A stretch of DNA of 64,000 nt from Hypanus sabinus (Eukaryota). The notes beneath the pieces are model-generated. The model was not told the DNA's origin, did no database searches, and saw only the letters and a list, made by a program, of their open reading frames with translations. The translations under genes and the position numbers were made by a program. The stretch spans positions 25,916,001 through 25,980,000 of the forward strand of contig NC_082731.1 in NCBI RefSeq assembly GCF_030144855.1, written 5' to 3'. Below, one piece after another: positions 24,287 through 37,010 of this stretch; position 1 is the stretch's first letter, and the number at the start of each line of letters is the position of its first letter.

Positions 24287-24329
24287 TGGATTGTCAGGGG
24301 CTGTGGAATCGCGCAGGCAGCAGAGAAGA

Positions 24330-25630
24330 ATGGACAGAGATAAATTTTTTGTTGGTGCGAGTTTGGTGTACCGGTATAGTACGCATGCGTAGTGAGCGGA
24401 GTGGATTTTCGAGTTTCGGGAGACGCGATAGTGCGGGGCTTAAGTTCGGTCAAGGGTATTGGGCAAGTAGAATTGGTAGCTAGACGGTGTGGTAAAGAGA
24501 TAGAGTCTAGCTGGGTGTTGGTTCGTACGAGTGCTGAAGTCAGGACGGTGGAACTGCGGGCGACGGTCAGTGTATCGGGGGAGGAGGGGCTGTGGGGGCT
24601 CCACTCCTTCTACAAGGATGAGGCTGAGGAGACATCGGAGGAAAAGCTAGAGCTACAGGTGGACCCCAGAGAGGTGCCTGGCACTAGTAAAGGGAGGAGG
24701 GAGGAGGGAGTCGGGACTAAGCCCCGCTTCCCAGGTAGGGTGGAAGCCTCGGAGCTGGCAGCCGCACTTAATTCCCTGGTGGGAGTGGCCGAGAGGCCAC
24801 GGCTGATGCTGGGGGTGTTCTCCGGAGCTAACCCTATTCCGGACGGGGAGGCGGACTATTAGACCTGGATCGAGAATACGGCTTTGATGTTAGAGGAGTG
24901 GCCAGGCTCGGAGGAGGAGAAGAGGCAGCGACTGGTGGGAAGTTTGAGGGGTTTAGCAGCCAAAATAGTCCGGGAGTTGAAAGCTGAGAAGCATGGGGCC
25001 TCAGTGGAGGAATGCCTAGAAGTTTTGGAGGGAGCGTTTGCTTTGTCAGGGGAACCTTGGCTGCTTTTAGCAGAGTTTCAACGCCTGGAACAACGGAGAG
25101 GGGAAAAGCTCTCCGAGTACATATTTAGGATGGAGGGGATGCTCTCGGGGCTGCGGCGCCGGGGGGTAGTGAAGGCGACTGACGTGGCTAGCGTAAGGAT
25201 GATTCAGATATTCAGTGGCTCTCTGCAGGAGAACAAGGTGGCGTGGACGATCCGGCAGGCTTATAGGAAAGATCCCCCTCCATCGTTCGGGCAACTGATT
25301 AGAGAGGTGCGAGAGGAAGCGAGAGCATTGGGGCGGAAAAGGGGCGCGGGCCTATGGGAGCGATCCTCAGCGAGTGGTGGCTGGGTGGAGGAATGACAAC
25401 GCCCCCGGGGAGTAGGGAACTCCCTTTGGAGGGGAGGGACAGGGGAGGTACCTACACTCAGGGGCGATCAGTGCCGTGGATTAGAAGCGAGAGCCGTCCT
25501 GGGAGAGGAGGGGCGGCAGGCAGCGTGTGCTTTAACTGTGGGAAAGAGGGGCATTTCAGGCGGGACTGTGGGCGGCCGTGGGTGTGCTATAGCTGTTAAG
25601 TGGAGGGACACTTTAGGTGGGATTGTGAGA
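24330..25630 (+). pseudogene. Gypsy gag (PNMA/Ma-like capsid + 2 zinc knuckles), disrupted
   Basis: L.VFSG..P.P.GE.DY*TW...EW..SEEEKRQRLVGSLRG.A; CFNCGKEGHFRRDC and CYSC*VEGHFRWDC. Confidence 0.85.
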
Positions 25631-25779
25631 GACAAGGAGTCCCGCGGAGGACAAGTCCCCCTGCGACTAAGAAGGGAGAGGTGTCGGGGAAAATTAAGAG
25701 AGGCTCAGTGAGGGAACGGACTGGAGCCTCTGGAGGAACACGTTCACAGAGATCAGCCGGAAGACCACCGGGTGCTCAC

Positions 25780-28700
25780 GCCTCTATTCCGGATGGGCTG
25801 GTAGGACCCCGTGCCAGTGTTTGTCTACGGATAGAGGGAGTTTACGCAAAAGCCGTTCTTGATACGGGATCGCAGGTGACCTTATTGTACCAGTCTTTCT
25901 ACAATCAATATCTATAGCATTTGCCCGTAACCCCATTTGACGCCTTGCAGATTTGGGGTGTGAGCGAGGGTGACTACCCGTACGATCGGTACCTATCGGT
26001 GAGATTGGAGTTCTCGGAAGGCGATGTGGGAGTGTCTGAAGCTATTGAGACGTTGGTGTTGGTGTGTCCTGACCCGGTGGAAACCGGTGGTGCTGCCCTC
26101 CTGGTCGGGACTAACTCCCCTACGGTGCGACGGCTCCTGGGAGCTTGTAACGAGAAAGGGGGAGAAGACTTTCTGGAGACCCTCCCCGTGCATCCAGTGT
26201 TTCGAGGGGTGTTCGAAGAAGGGGTTGCCTCCCAAGTGCTGGACCAGGAGTGTAAACGAAGGACGGTGTGGTGTCCGCAGGCGAGGCCCTAGGTGATCCG
26301 ACCAGGGGAGGTAGCACTAGTGATGGGGATCACCAGATTCCCAAGAGTGCAGAAGGGCGAAGCCCTGTTAGTAGCCGCCCCGGACGATCTTGAAGGGGAG
26401 ACATGATTTCCGGCGGGGGCGCTGGTTAAGCCCGAAGTGCAGAGACCAGAGGTGGTACAGCTATAAGTGTCAAGAACACCACGGCAAGAGAAATCACCTT
26501 TAAGAGGGGAATGCCGCTGCACATCAGTTCCCGGTGACGGTAATGTCTAGCGCGCCAGTGAGGACCACGAGCGGGGAGGGATCGGAGCATCGAAGGGAGC
26601 TGACCGCTGAAGCCTTTAACTTCGGGGATTCCCCAGTGTCGCAGGAGTGGAAACGCAGGATAGAGGAGAAGATGCTGAGGATGGAAGCTGTTTTTTCTCG
26701 GGGCGAGTTTGATGTTGGCTGCTCCAAAAGCACTCGCCACACCATCCGGGTGACGGAAGACACCCCGTTCCGAGAGAAATCGCGGCGGCTGGCTCCAGCA
26801 GATGTTGAGGATGTGCGGCAGCACTTGTGCAAGTTGAAGGAGGCCGGAATCATAGCTGAGTCTCGAACTCCTTATGCGTCCCCAGTAGGTGTGGCACGGA
26901 GGAAGAATGGGCGAGTGCGCATGTGTGTTGACTGCAGGACTTTGAATCGGCGAACTGTCCCTGTTCAATATACTGTCCCAAGAGTCGAAGATGCGTTGGC
27001 CTGCCTGAGCGTTGCGAAGTGGTTCAGTGTGCTGGACTTAAGAAGTGGGTATTACCAGATCCCGATGAGTGCGGCTGATAAAGAGAAGACCTCTTTTATC
27101 TACCCGCTGGGTTTCTTTCAGTTCGAGCGAATGCCCCAAGGCATAACGGGAGCCCCAGCCACCTTCCAGAGGTTCATGGAGAGAACTGTGGGATATATGA
27201 ATCTGTTCGAGGTGCTGGTGCACCTGGATGATTTGATAGTGTTCGGATCAACTTTGGAGGAACATGAGGAGAGGTTGTTGAAGGTCTTGGGCCGGATTAA
27301 TGAAGTGTTAAAGCTTTCCCTAGATAAATGCCAGTTCTGCAGGTCATCGGTTAGCTACGTTGGCCATATAATTTCGCAAGAGGGAATGGTACTGATCCAA
27401 CCAAGATTGAGGCCGTGACCACCTGGCCGAGACCCCAGAAAGTGGGTGCTCTGCGCTCATTTTTGGGGTTCTGTGGGTATTACCGCCGATTTGTGAAAGG
27501 ATACGCAAAAATGTGTCATCCGTCGACTCAGCTGTTGTGTGGCTATCCCCCGGTGGGAAAGAAAAGGAAGGGGTCCAGAGACAGGATACTGGATGATACT
27601 GGAACCAGGCGGAATCTTTTGGCTCAAGATGGGATGATCGATGTGAAGAGGCGTTCCGATCTTTGAAAAGGGCACTGACCCAGGCCCCGGTGTTGGCTTT
27701 TGTCGATCCCCAGAAGCCATATGTGCTGCCGAGAGGGTCTAGGGGCTGTTCTGTAACAGGAGCATGGCAAAGCATTGAGGACGGTAGCCTTTGTCAGCCG
27801 AAGCTTGTCGCCATCTGAGAGAAACTATCCCACTCACAATTTGGAGTTCCTGGCGCTGAAGTGACCGATGGTGGACAAGCTGGGCGATTACCTGTACGGA
27901 GCCAAGTTTGAGGTGGGAACGGATAACAATCCCCGCACTTATATTTTGACTTCGTCGAAGCTGGATGCCACAGGACATCGGTGGCTGGCGGCCTTGTCTG
28001 TACATGGTTTCAGCCTGAGGTACCGCCCCGGAAGCAAGAATGTCGATGCGGATGCTTTGTCACGTCGGGAGCCGGGGGGACAGGAGAAGGACGAGGTGTG
28101 GGAGAGTGTCTCTGCCCCTGGAGTGAAGGCGATGTGTCAGTTTGCTATCACCGTGAAGGCCGAGAGAAGAGGGAGGATGGAAAGAGCCGTGGACTACTTG
28201 GGGGTTTTTGACGACGCCATACCCCTAGCTTACTGTGACCTGACCGCACTGCGGACTAACCAGTTGCCGGAACTGAGTCCGTGGGATGTGGCAGCTGCTC
28301 AGCAAAATGACTCGGGCATTGGCACAGTGTGGAGAGCGGTCGAGAAGGGGGATGTGGCGTTGGCTGAGAAGGCGAAACACCCATTCGTGCCTCTGTTATT
28401 GAAGGAATGGTCTCGGTTAAAGTTAAAGAACAAAATCTTGTACCGGGTAACGGCGCCTCCGGACCAACCCCGCGGTTGGCAACTGGTCCTGCCGGAGGAG
28501 TATCGGCAGGCTCTACTGCAGGCCTTACATGATGATTCTGGACACTTGGGGGTGGAACAGACCTATGGATTACTCAAAGACCGGTTCTACTGGCCCCGGA
28601 TGAGGAGGGAAGTCGAAGAATACTGTAGGGGATGCAGTCGTTGCATCCGGAGGAAGACCCTGCCAGCGTCGGCGGCTCCAGTGTCGCACTTGCAGAGTGT

Positions 28701-29420
28701 GGGACCTCTGGACCTGGTATGTATGGATTTCCTGTCGATTGAGCCTGACACCAACAACACCGCGAATGTTTTGGACATCACCGATCATTACACTCGCTAT
28801 GCTCAGGCATTTCCCGCTCAGGATCAGAAAGCGACGACAGTGGCGAAGGTGTAACGGGAAAAGTATTTTGTTCATTACGGCCTTCCCAAGCGAATCCATA
28901 GTGATCAGGGGCTGGACTTTGAGAGCCGTCTTATCCATGAATTACTGACTATGCTTGGAGTTGAGAAATCCACCCCCTATCAACCACAGGATGATCCTCA
29001 GCCAGAGAGGTCCAACAGGACCCTGTTGGATATGCTCGGGACGCTGGAGATTGGGCAGAAAAGTAGATGGAGTCGTCATATTGGACAATTGGTTCACTGT
29101 TACAATTGTACTCGCTATGATGCTACAGGGTACTCGCCCTATTTTCTGATGTTCGTGCGGGAAGCGTGGTTGCCAATTGACTTGTGTTTTGGGGGTGAAG
29201 TGGGTGAATTACCCGGGAAGTCCTATCTAAAGTATGTGTCCGTCATGAAGAGGGAGTTACAGCGGGCGTACGAGTTGGCTGAGGCGGTGGCTACCAAACA
29301 AAACCAGAGAAATAAGATGCGGTATGATCGAAAGGTGAAGTTTGTCCAATTATTGCCGGGCGACCGGGTCCTTTTACGGAATTTGCGACTCCCTGGTAAG
29401 CACAAGCTGGCCGATCGATG
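25780..29420 (+). pseudogene. Gypsy pol (PR-RT-RH-IN), disrupted
   Basis: ORF pieces 25600-26292, 26534-27418, 27868-28854 and 28951-29700 carry the PR, RT, RNase H and IN motifs. The RT catalytic YxDD reads HLDD and the IN C-terminus is truncated after DRWED. Confidence 0.9.
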
Positions 29421-29866
29421 GGAGGACCCCCGTGAAGAAAGGGGTGAGGGTCTGTCAGGTCGCCCTGGGGTGTCCGAGACGGTGAATTCGCGGGTGAAGA
29501 GGGAGCCCACTGGGGCAGAAGGAGTACGGAGTTCTCAGAGGATCAGGCGCCCCGCGGAGCGGTTGACATATGTGGTGCCGGGAGAACCGAGTGTGATTTC
29601 TACTGCTCTGGGTAGTTCTGTCACTGTTTTCTGCACCTGGGTTGGGGTTTGTGTGCTGCAAGAAGCGTTGAGGAACTCAGGTAATGCCATGAGGGCATGA
29701 CATTTGCTGGTGGGGAGAGAATGTACAATGTGTATGTTACTCAAAATGGGTTTTTGGTTTGTTAAGAGCAGGAATGCTTCTTTGTCGGATAAGTGTTTCT
29801 CTCGACGTTGTTTCGCTTTGGAATGGCTGATATGGTAATTGTATTCTTTTGTTAATCAATGGGGAA

Positions 29867-30131
29867 TGTTATTGTGTCCTTTGATGCTGGGAACTTGGGG
29901 GAGGGGTTTTCGCGGGCTTTTTGGGAGAGTGCGGGAGGAAGATGTCGAGGAAGGAGGACGTGCGCTGCACTGCTCGGAAGACCACCGGGCGACGTCCAAG
30001 GTGCGAAGCCGTGGAGGTCGGAGGCAAGCGACGATGTGTCGATTGGTTCGTTGATTGAGCTCCAACGAGTGAACTAAACAGGCTGAACTTTGATAAGTTG
30101 GCGCCTTTTTGTTTGTTTACCTTATGTGTGT

Positions 30132-30189
<58 letters not shown>

Positions 30190-30391
30190 TGTATTGCCGA
30201 ATACTCTTTTAATTTTAGTAAACTCTTTAACGTGTTTTTCATAACGGTATTTGGTGTGGGTTTGATACTGTTGGCGGGCGCGAGGCATAAACTCGATTCT
30301 CACAGCACCTGCGTGTACGGGAGGTGGGTTGGTGATTTGCTGGAACTCCGTTTCCCCTAGACATATACCAGCCTGTTGGGTAAGTGTTACA
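29867..30391 (+). repeat. 3' LTR
   Basis: Starts TGTTATTG after purine tract aatggggaa (29858-29866) and ends gtgttaCA. Confidence 0.88.
30136..30181. repeat. (AT)n microsatellite inside 3' LTR
   Basis: About 23 AT units; the corresponding 5' LTR position has only a few. Confidence 0.95.
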
Positions 30392-30399
30392 TAGCCCAT

Positions 30400-30577
30400 T
30401 ATCGTTTTATTGGTACTGTATATAAAAACGTTTGCATGAAAATATACGGTAGACGACTTGCAGTGCAGCTGGCACACAAATTGCAGAGATGTGATTAACG
30501 ATGAAGGTGCTCAAATGGACTCCACTGAACATGGATCACTTGGGTGGAGATATTGGAGACGACATTTAATCCGGATA
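30400..30577 (+). mobile_element. Old CR1 fragment interrupted by the L1 (continues 36668-36780)
   Basis: Joining across the TSD gives tgggtggagatattggagacgacatttaatccggataacagcgagg..gcaaatgtgaaagggaaatc, matching the CR1 W...WQMEFNPDKCE..NVKGK region. Confidence 0.5.
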
Positions 30578-30747
30578 GGGGTGGAGTTTCAAGATGGCGA
30601 CGTAGACATCTGCCTTTTAGGCGCTCTTCATTTTTTAAGCTATAATCACCCTTTAATCAAATCTTTTCGTACCTAACTACATGGGTTGATTTTTACGAAT
30701 TATTTCTTTTTTAAAATAATACTTGATTTAATTTTTTGAAACTTAAA

Positions 30748-31549
30748 ATGTCTGTACCTAAGAAATCGTCTAAAGACCCTATATCTCTCGATGCAATCTC
30801 CAGTCTTCTGGATACTAAACTGGATACTAAACTTGCAAGTCTGGAAAATAAACTTACTGCGAAAATGTCTGAGCTTGAAGAAGTCGTTAGATCATTTGAT
30901 ACCAAGCTTCAATCGCTTGCAGCATATATTGAACGGCATGAAGAAAAGTTTGCGGCTCTTGACAAGATAATTTGTGAAAAAATACGTACAATCGAAACTT
31001 TGGAGGAGAAGGTACGATCGACCGCTAAAATAGTGGAGCAGAATAAGTTTAAAATCACCGATCTCGCAGACAGAACGCGTATTATTGGATTTCCCGAAAA
31101 TGTTGAGTCTGGTGACTTAACTGAATATTTCTCTAACTTATTGTGGGAAATGTTTTGGCGAGGACGCTTTGCGGGTTAAACCAACTATTGACGGTGCCCA
31201 CAGAGTTCCGAGATTTTCGGCTGCGAGAGACAAGCCACGAGCTGTGATTGTCCGTCTCCATTATCCTCGGGAGAAAGAGCTTTTAATTCGATTAGCTCGT
31301 CAGAAAGGTATGATTTCTCACAAAAACAACAAGTTTCGTATTGTTGAGGATTATTCATTCGAGGTGATGAATGCGAGAATCGCTTATAAACCGGTGCTGG
31401 CAGAGATTCATTCGATTGGACTTAAACAAGCTTTAAGATACCCAGCGAATCTTAGACTTACGTTGAGTGATGACAGTCAGCGCTTCTTTAATACTCCGGA
31501 TAAAGCGAAGAAATTCGTTGAAGAATATCGGTCTTCTAGTACAAGTTGA
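30748..31549 (+). pseudogene. L1 ORF1p (coiled coil + RRM + CTD), one frameshift near 31170
   Basis: MSVPKKSSKD..coiled coil..RIIGFPENVE / IDGAHRV..PRAVIVRLH..LRYPANLR. Confidence 0.88.
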
Positions 31550-32507
31550 ACTGTGTGTTATGTTGAAGAATTTTTGGAGAGAAGACGCCATTCCGTTTTT
31601 AGGCTTTCACTTATGAAGCTGCGGTATAGCTTGTTACTTTGATCGGTAGACCTGTTTTCTTTTTTTATTATCATGATTTACAGATGCTCTTTTAATTTTA
31701 CTATAATTTTTTTTAATTAAGTTTTTTTTTCCTCTGATTAGATATACACGTTAAGATTTTGTAATAATGATTTACTTTTTTAAGATGTCGTTTCTTTTTC
31801 CCATAAGACTTTGCTTTCCGTAAGCGTTTATTTGCCTGTATTTGAGAATGAGACGAATGTCTTGAATTTTTGGACCTTTTTTTATATATATTGTAGTGGT
31901 TATTGAATCCTTTTTTAATCTTATTTTGATGACCTTTTTTTTAAAAAAAAAGATTAGCGAATTTACATTTATATTCTGTAATATGGTCCTTTCAAGATGT
32001 CGTTTCTTCTTCCCATAAGTCTCCGTTTTTGAAACGTCATTTTCTTATATTTGAATATGGAATCTTTTTTTAAAGGCATATTACACTATTTTAAACTTCA
32101 ATGGTTATCCTTTTTTTATTAATGATTTTTTGTTTTTTTATATTATTTTTACATTTTGATTGATAGATATTCTTTCTTTTTACAACCCTGTATTTATATC
32201 TGGGTGTTATATAGTTTCTCTTTTCTTTCTTTTCATGAAGTTGCCATCTTGAAAATGGGGGTAATATTAGTATTAGTTCGTGCGCCTGCCGCTTGGCTCT
32301 TTTTCGAGGGGTTGGGGGAGGGGGTAGGGATCTTTTTTCACGCTTTTGCTTTTTATTTTTTTGCTTTTAGTTTATGGAACGACTTTAAATTATTAATATT
32401 GTTGAGGTGTCATGTTCTCCGGTTGCTCCTGAATCATTTTTCCTTCTTCCTGAATTATGGGTTATGTGTCTTTTTAACCTTTTATGATATACACAACTAA
32501 TATTGGC

Positions 32508-35500
32508 ATGATGGATAAGTCTATTAACTTTATCTCTTGGAATACTAATGGTTTAAGTCATCCGATTAAACGTTAAAAAATATTTAAAGTATTCCATAGA
32601 CTAAACGCTAATATTACTTTTGCACAGGAGACCCATATTAGGAGGGAGGATAATCTACGTTTTTTTAGGTTGTGATAGGGTCAACAATTTCACTCGAATT
32701 GTACCGCCAAAATTAGGGGTGTGTCTATTTTTATAGACCCCTCGATTTCGTTTACACATCATGAAATTATTTCTGATCCACAGGGCAGATTTTTGTTGAT
32801 AACTGGTTCACTTTTTAATCGAAAAGTGGTTCTAGTTAATATTTATGCTCCAAACGTTGACTGCCCTGAATTTTCTAAACGTTTATTTACTTCCCTTCCT
32901 AATCTAAATGAATATATTTGATAATGGGTGGAGATTTCAATTGTTGTTTGAATCCTTCAATGGATAGATCTAAACCTATCGGAATTCTTCCGAATAGATC
33001 AGCCTTACTTATTAATTCTTTTATGGTTGATTCGGGAATTACTGAAATATGGCGGTTTTTGAACCCTAAAGATAAAGAATTTTCATTTCTTTTCACATGT
33101 ATATCACAGTTATTCTAGAATTGATTATTTCCTTATTGATCATCGTTTATTAACGGTTGTTACTGATTGTAAATATGATTCTATTACTATTTCGGATCAT
33201 GCAACTTTGAAGTTATCTATCAAGATTTCGGACTTTTCCAATATTACTAGATCTTGGAGACTTAACGCTACTTTGCTTCAAGACCCAGAATTTATCACCT
33301 ACATAAAACAGCAAATTGACTTGTTTTTCTCAACAACTATACTGAAGAGATTGACAGAGGAATACTTTGGGACTCTTTTAAGGCTTTTATCCGTGGACAA
33401 ATTATCTCATATTCCGTTGATAAAAGAGAACAAAGATATTTAGATATTGCTTTATTAGTGGATAAAATTAAAGAAATTGATAAGATTTATTCCGTGACTC
33501 CTACCAAAGAACTTTATAAGAAGAGAGTTGACCTTCAAATGGAGCTTAGCTTATTATTATCTTCTTCAATTGAGAATCAATTAATTAGGACCAGGGCTCA
33601 ATTTTATATCCATAGTGATCGAACTGGTTAACTGTTAGCAAATCAATTAAAAGCTATTTCGACTAAGCGACAAATTATTAAAATTCGTAAACAAGACGGT
33701 AATCTCACTACTGATCATAAAGAAATTAATAACACTTTTCAAGATTTTTATAAATCTTTATATCAATCAGAATTTGATGGCGATCTGTCCATGATGGATA
33801 ATTTTTTTTTAACAACTTGAATATTCCCAAACTGACAGATGAAGATCGTAGCTTGTTCGATGCTCCTATCTCTATGGCCGAAATAGGAGAGGCTATCTCA
33901 TTAATGAATTCAGGGAAAGCTCCAGGTCCTGATGGTTATATTATAGACATTTTTTAAACTTTTTCTTCTTTGCTTTCCCCTTGGATATGTGAAAACTTTA
34001 ATGATGCATTTGTTAAGAAGTGATTACCTCAATCTTTTTATGAAGCTACTATCTCTCTAATTCTTAAAAAAAAGATAAGGATCCTACTTTTGTGCATCTT
34101 ATCGCCCTATATCACTATTAAATATAGTCTCTAAGATTCTTACAAAAATTTTAGCCATTAGGTTAGAAAAGGTACTATCACAGATTATTTCAGAAGACCA
34201 AACTGGTTTTATTAGGAATCGGTATTCCTTTTTTAATGTTAGAAAATTGATCAATGTAATTTATACTTCATCACCCATAATCCCAGAATGTGTTATTTCA
34301 TTAGATGCTGAAAAAGCTTTTGATAGAGTTGAATGGACAGACTTATTTAACGTTGTGAGATATTTTAATGTTAGTCCTAATTTTATATCATGGATCAAAC
34401 TAATATATTATAAACCTGTTGCTTCTCTTCTTACAAATAATTACAGATCCTCTTTTTTTCAATTAGCTCGTGGTACGAGACAAGGTTGTCCCTTAAGTCC
34501 TTTATTATTTAATATCGCATTAGAACCATTAGCGATTGCTATTCGTGAATCTCTTAATATTTTTGGTATTACCCGTAATGAGAAGTTATACAAGTTATCA
34601 CTTTATGCTGAAGACTTGTTGTTATATATTTCTGATTCTGACAAGTCTATTACCGCTATTTTATCCTTGTTGGCTCAATTTGTTTTTTTAGTTTTTCTGG
34701 TTATAAACTAAACTTGGATAAGAGTGATTTATTCCCTTTGAACGCGCAAACTTTATTGAATGATAGGATACCATTTAAAGTTGTTACTGATAACTTTATC
34801 TATTTAGGTATAAAAATTACCAAGAAATATAAAGATTTATTTGGACTGAACTTTTATCTATGCTCCATCAAATTCAACAACTTACTACAAGATGGTCTCC
34901 CCTATCCTTATCATCAGTTGGTCGGATTATTGCTATTAAAATGATGGTTTTACCGAAATTTTTATATTTATTTCAAGCTTTACCTATTTTTATTCCTAAA
35001 TCTTTTTTTGATAATTTTGATTCAAAAGTTTCTTCATTTGTGTGGCAAAATAAAAACCCCAGGTTAAGTAAAAGGCAATTACAAAAATGTAAAAAAGATG
35101 GTGGTTTAGCTTTACCTAAATTTAGATATTACTATTGGACGAATAATATTCGTAACCTAATATATTGGAAATTAGATTTGGATTCACCATTGTGCCCACA
35201 GTAGGTAAATTTAGAATGCAATGAGGTACAGGGATATTCTCTGTTCTCCGTTCTTGGCTCTTCTCATCCTACTGATTTAGTTAAATTCAATATACAGATA
35301 TCTAATCCTGTTGTCAAACATACATTACGAATTTGGTTTCAATTTCGTAAGTTTCTTACTCTGAAAAACTTTGTTCTTGATAGCCCTATCTTACTTTTTT
35401 TTTCAAACCTTCTTTGACAGATCAAGCTTTTAGCATATGGAAAAGGAAAGGTATAAAATGGTTTCGCGATCTTTTATTTTGAAGGTAATTTGATGTCTTT

Positions 35501-36296
35501 CGACCAACTTTCCAACAAATTTAAGTTACCTAAATCTAATTTTTTTTAGATATTTACAAATCAGAAATTTTTACATAAAGTTCTACCATCTTTCCCCAAT
35601 TCAACTTCAATGGATTTCTCAGATTTGATTTTTACCTCAAAACCTTGTCAGAAGGTATTGGTGGCTTTTATTTATAATATGATTATGAAGATACAACCAG
35701 AAATATCAGGTAGAATTAAACAAGAATGGGAAAAAGAACTTCAATATAATATATCAACAGAAAAATGGGAAAAAATTTTACAAACGGTTAATTCTTCTTC
35801 TATGTGTGCTAAACATGCTTTAATACAATTTAAAATTGTATATAGAGCTCATATGTCTAAAGATAAGCTTGCTCGATTCTATTCTCATATTAACCCTCAA
35901 TGTGACAGATGTCATACAGATGTGGCTTCATTGACCCATATGTTTTGGTCATGTCCCACTTTACATAACTATTGGAAGGACATATTTGCTACCATTTCCT
36001 CAATTTGGAATATCGATTTACAACGTCATTTTATTACCGCAATTTTTGGTATACCTAATGAGGATGGTAATCAGTTTTCCCCTTCAATTAGACGAATGAT
36101 TGCTTTTGTAACATTAATGGCCAGAAGGTCTATATTACAAAATTGGAAAGAAGTAAATCCTCCTACCACGTTTTAGTGGTTCTCTCAAACTATTTCTTAT
36201 TTGAGCTTGGAAAAAATTAGAAGCACTATTTTTGACTCATCAATTAAATTTGAAGAAACTTGGGGACCGTTCATTCGACATTTTCATATGAATTAA
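32508..36296 (+). pseudogene. L1 ORF2p (APE endonuclease, RT, C-terminal CCHC), multiple frameshifts/stops
   Basis: ISWNTNGL, LVNIYAPN, GGDFNC, SDHA, GKAPGPDG, SLDAEKAFDRVEW, RGTRQGCPLSP, LYAEDLL, CDRC..ASLTHMFWSCP. Confidence 0.92.
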
Positions 36297-36829
36297 ATTG
36301 ACCTCTTCCAGATCTTCTCTCTGCTTATTCTTGTTCAGGTATGGAGTTCCGGAGTTTTTGACACTCTCATATACATATAAACTGTTATTATTGCCCATGT
36401 TAGATTAGTTTAGTGTTTTTTTTTTCAATATATATTTTTCTTGTATTTTTAATATTTTTTTTCTTTTTTGATGATTATTTTTATTATTTTCATAAATAAT
36501 TATTATAGACTTGATTGATTAATATACTATTTTTTGTTGTTGATATTTAATAGGATATTGTTATCTTATTATTAATGCAATTTCAAGTCTATTGCACTTA
36601 TAACCTATTCATTATTATGTTATGTTTTCTTTATATATGAAATTCAATAAAAAGATTGAAAAAAAAAGACATTTAATCCGGATAACAGCGAGGCATCGAT
36701 TTCTGACGGCAAATGTGAAAGGGAAATCTACGATAAATTGTAGACACATCGACAACATTGAGGCATTTACGTTTGTCAATAGGGTATGCCGTGTGCTAAA
36801 GTTAGTTTATTGCTGTCTGTTACGCCGAT

Positions 36830-37010
36830 GTAGTTTATGACAACATTGAAGATCCCCTGCATCTGTCTGTCTTTGGCCATCTTATCTATTGTGCTCCAAA
36901 TGAGTTGCAGTATGCGCATTTCTCTCTCTACGGTCCGCCGATCATCCTGAGCCTCCTGGTCTATAAACTCTAAAAGAAAAACATTTCTGTTCCAGATTTT
37001 GGAGGTGTTC
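36830..37010 (-). mobile_element. RTE-like LINE 3' fragment
   Basis: Minus frame DRRTVEREMRILQLIWSTIDKMAKDRQ resembles RTE RT C-termini. Confidence 0.5.

Larger units (their letters stand above)
24000..30391 (+). mobile_element. Ty3/Gypsy LTR retrotransposon with PNMA-like gag; 5' LTR truncated; disabled by stops and frameshifts
   Basis: Order is LTR remnant, PBS, gag (two CCHC knuckles), protease (LDTGSQ), RT (LDLRSGYYQI, HLDD), RNase H, integrase (HDDSGH..CxxC, MDF, IHSDQG), PPT, 3' LTR TG..CA. Confidence 0.95.
30578..36667 (+). mobile_element. Full-length L1-clade LINE (~6.1 kb) with 17 bp target site duplication
   Basis: TSD gacatttaatccggata at 30561-30577 and 36668-36684. G-rich 5' end, ORF1, ~960 bp spacer, ORF2, AATAAA (36646-36651) and A-tail. 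Confidence 0.97.

Noticed and set aside
29869-30477. 202 aa minus-strand ORF with YIYIYI run
   Set aside because: Reads through the LTR and (AT)n microsatellite; not a gene.
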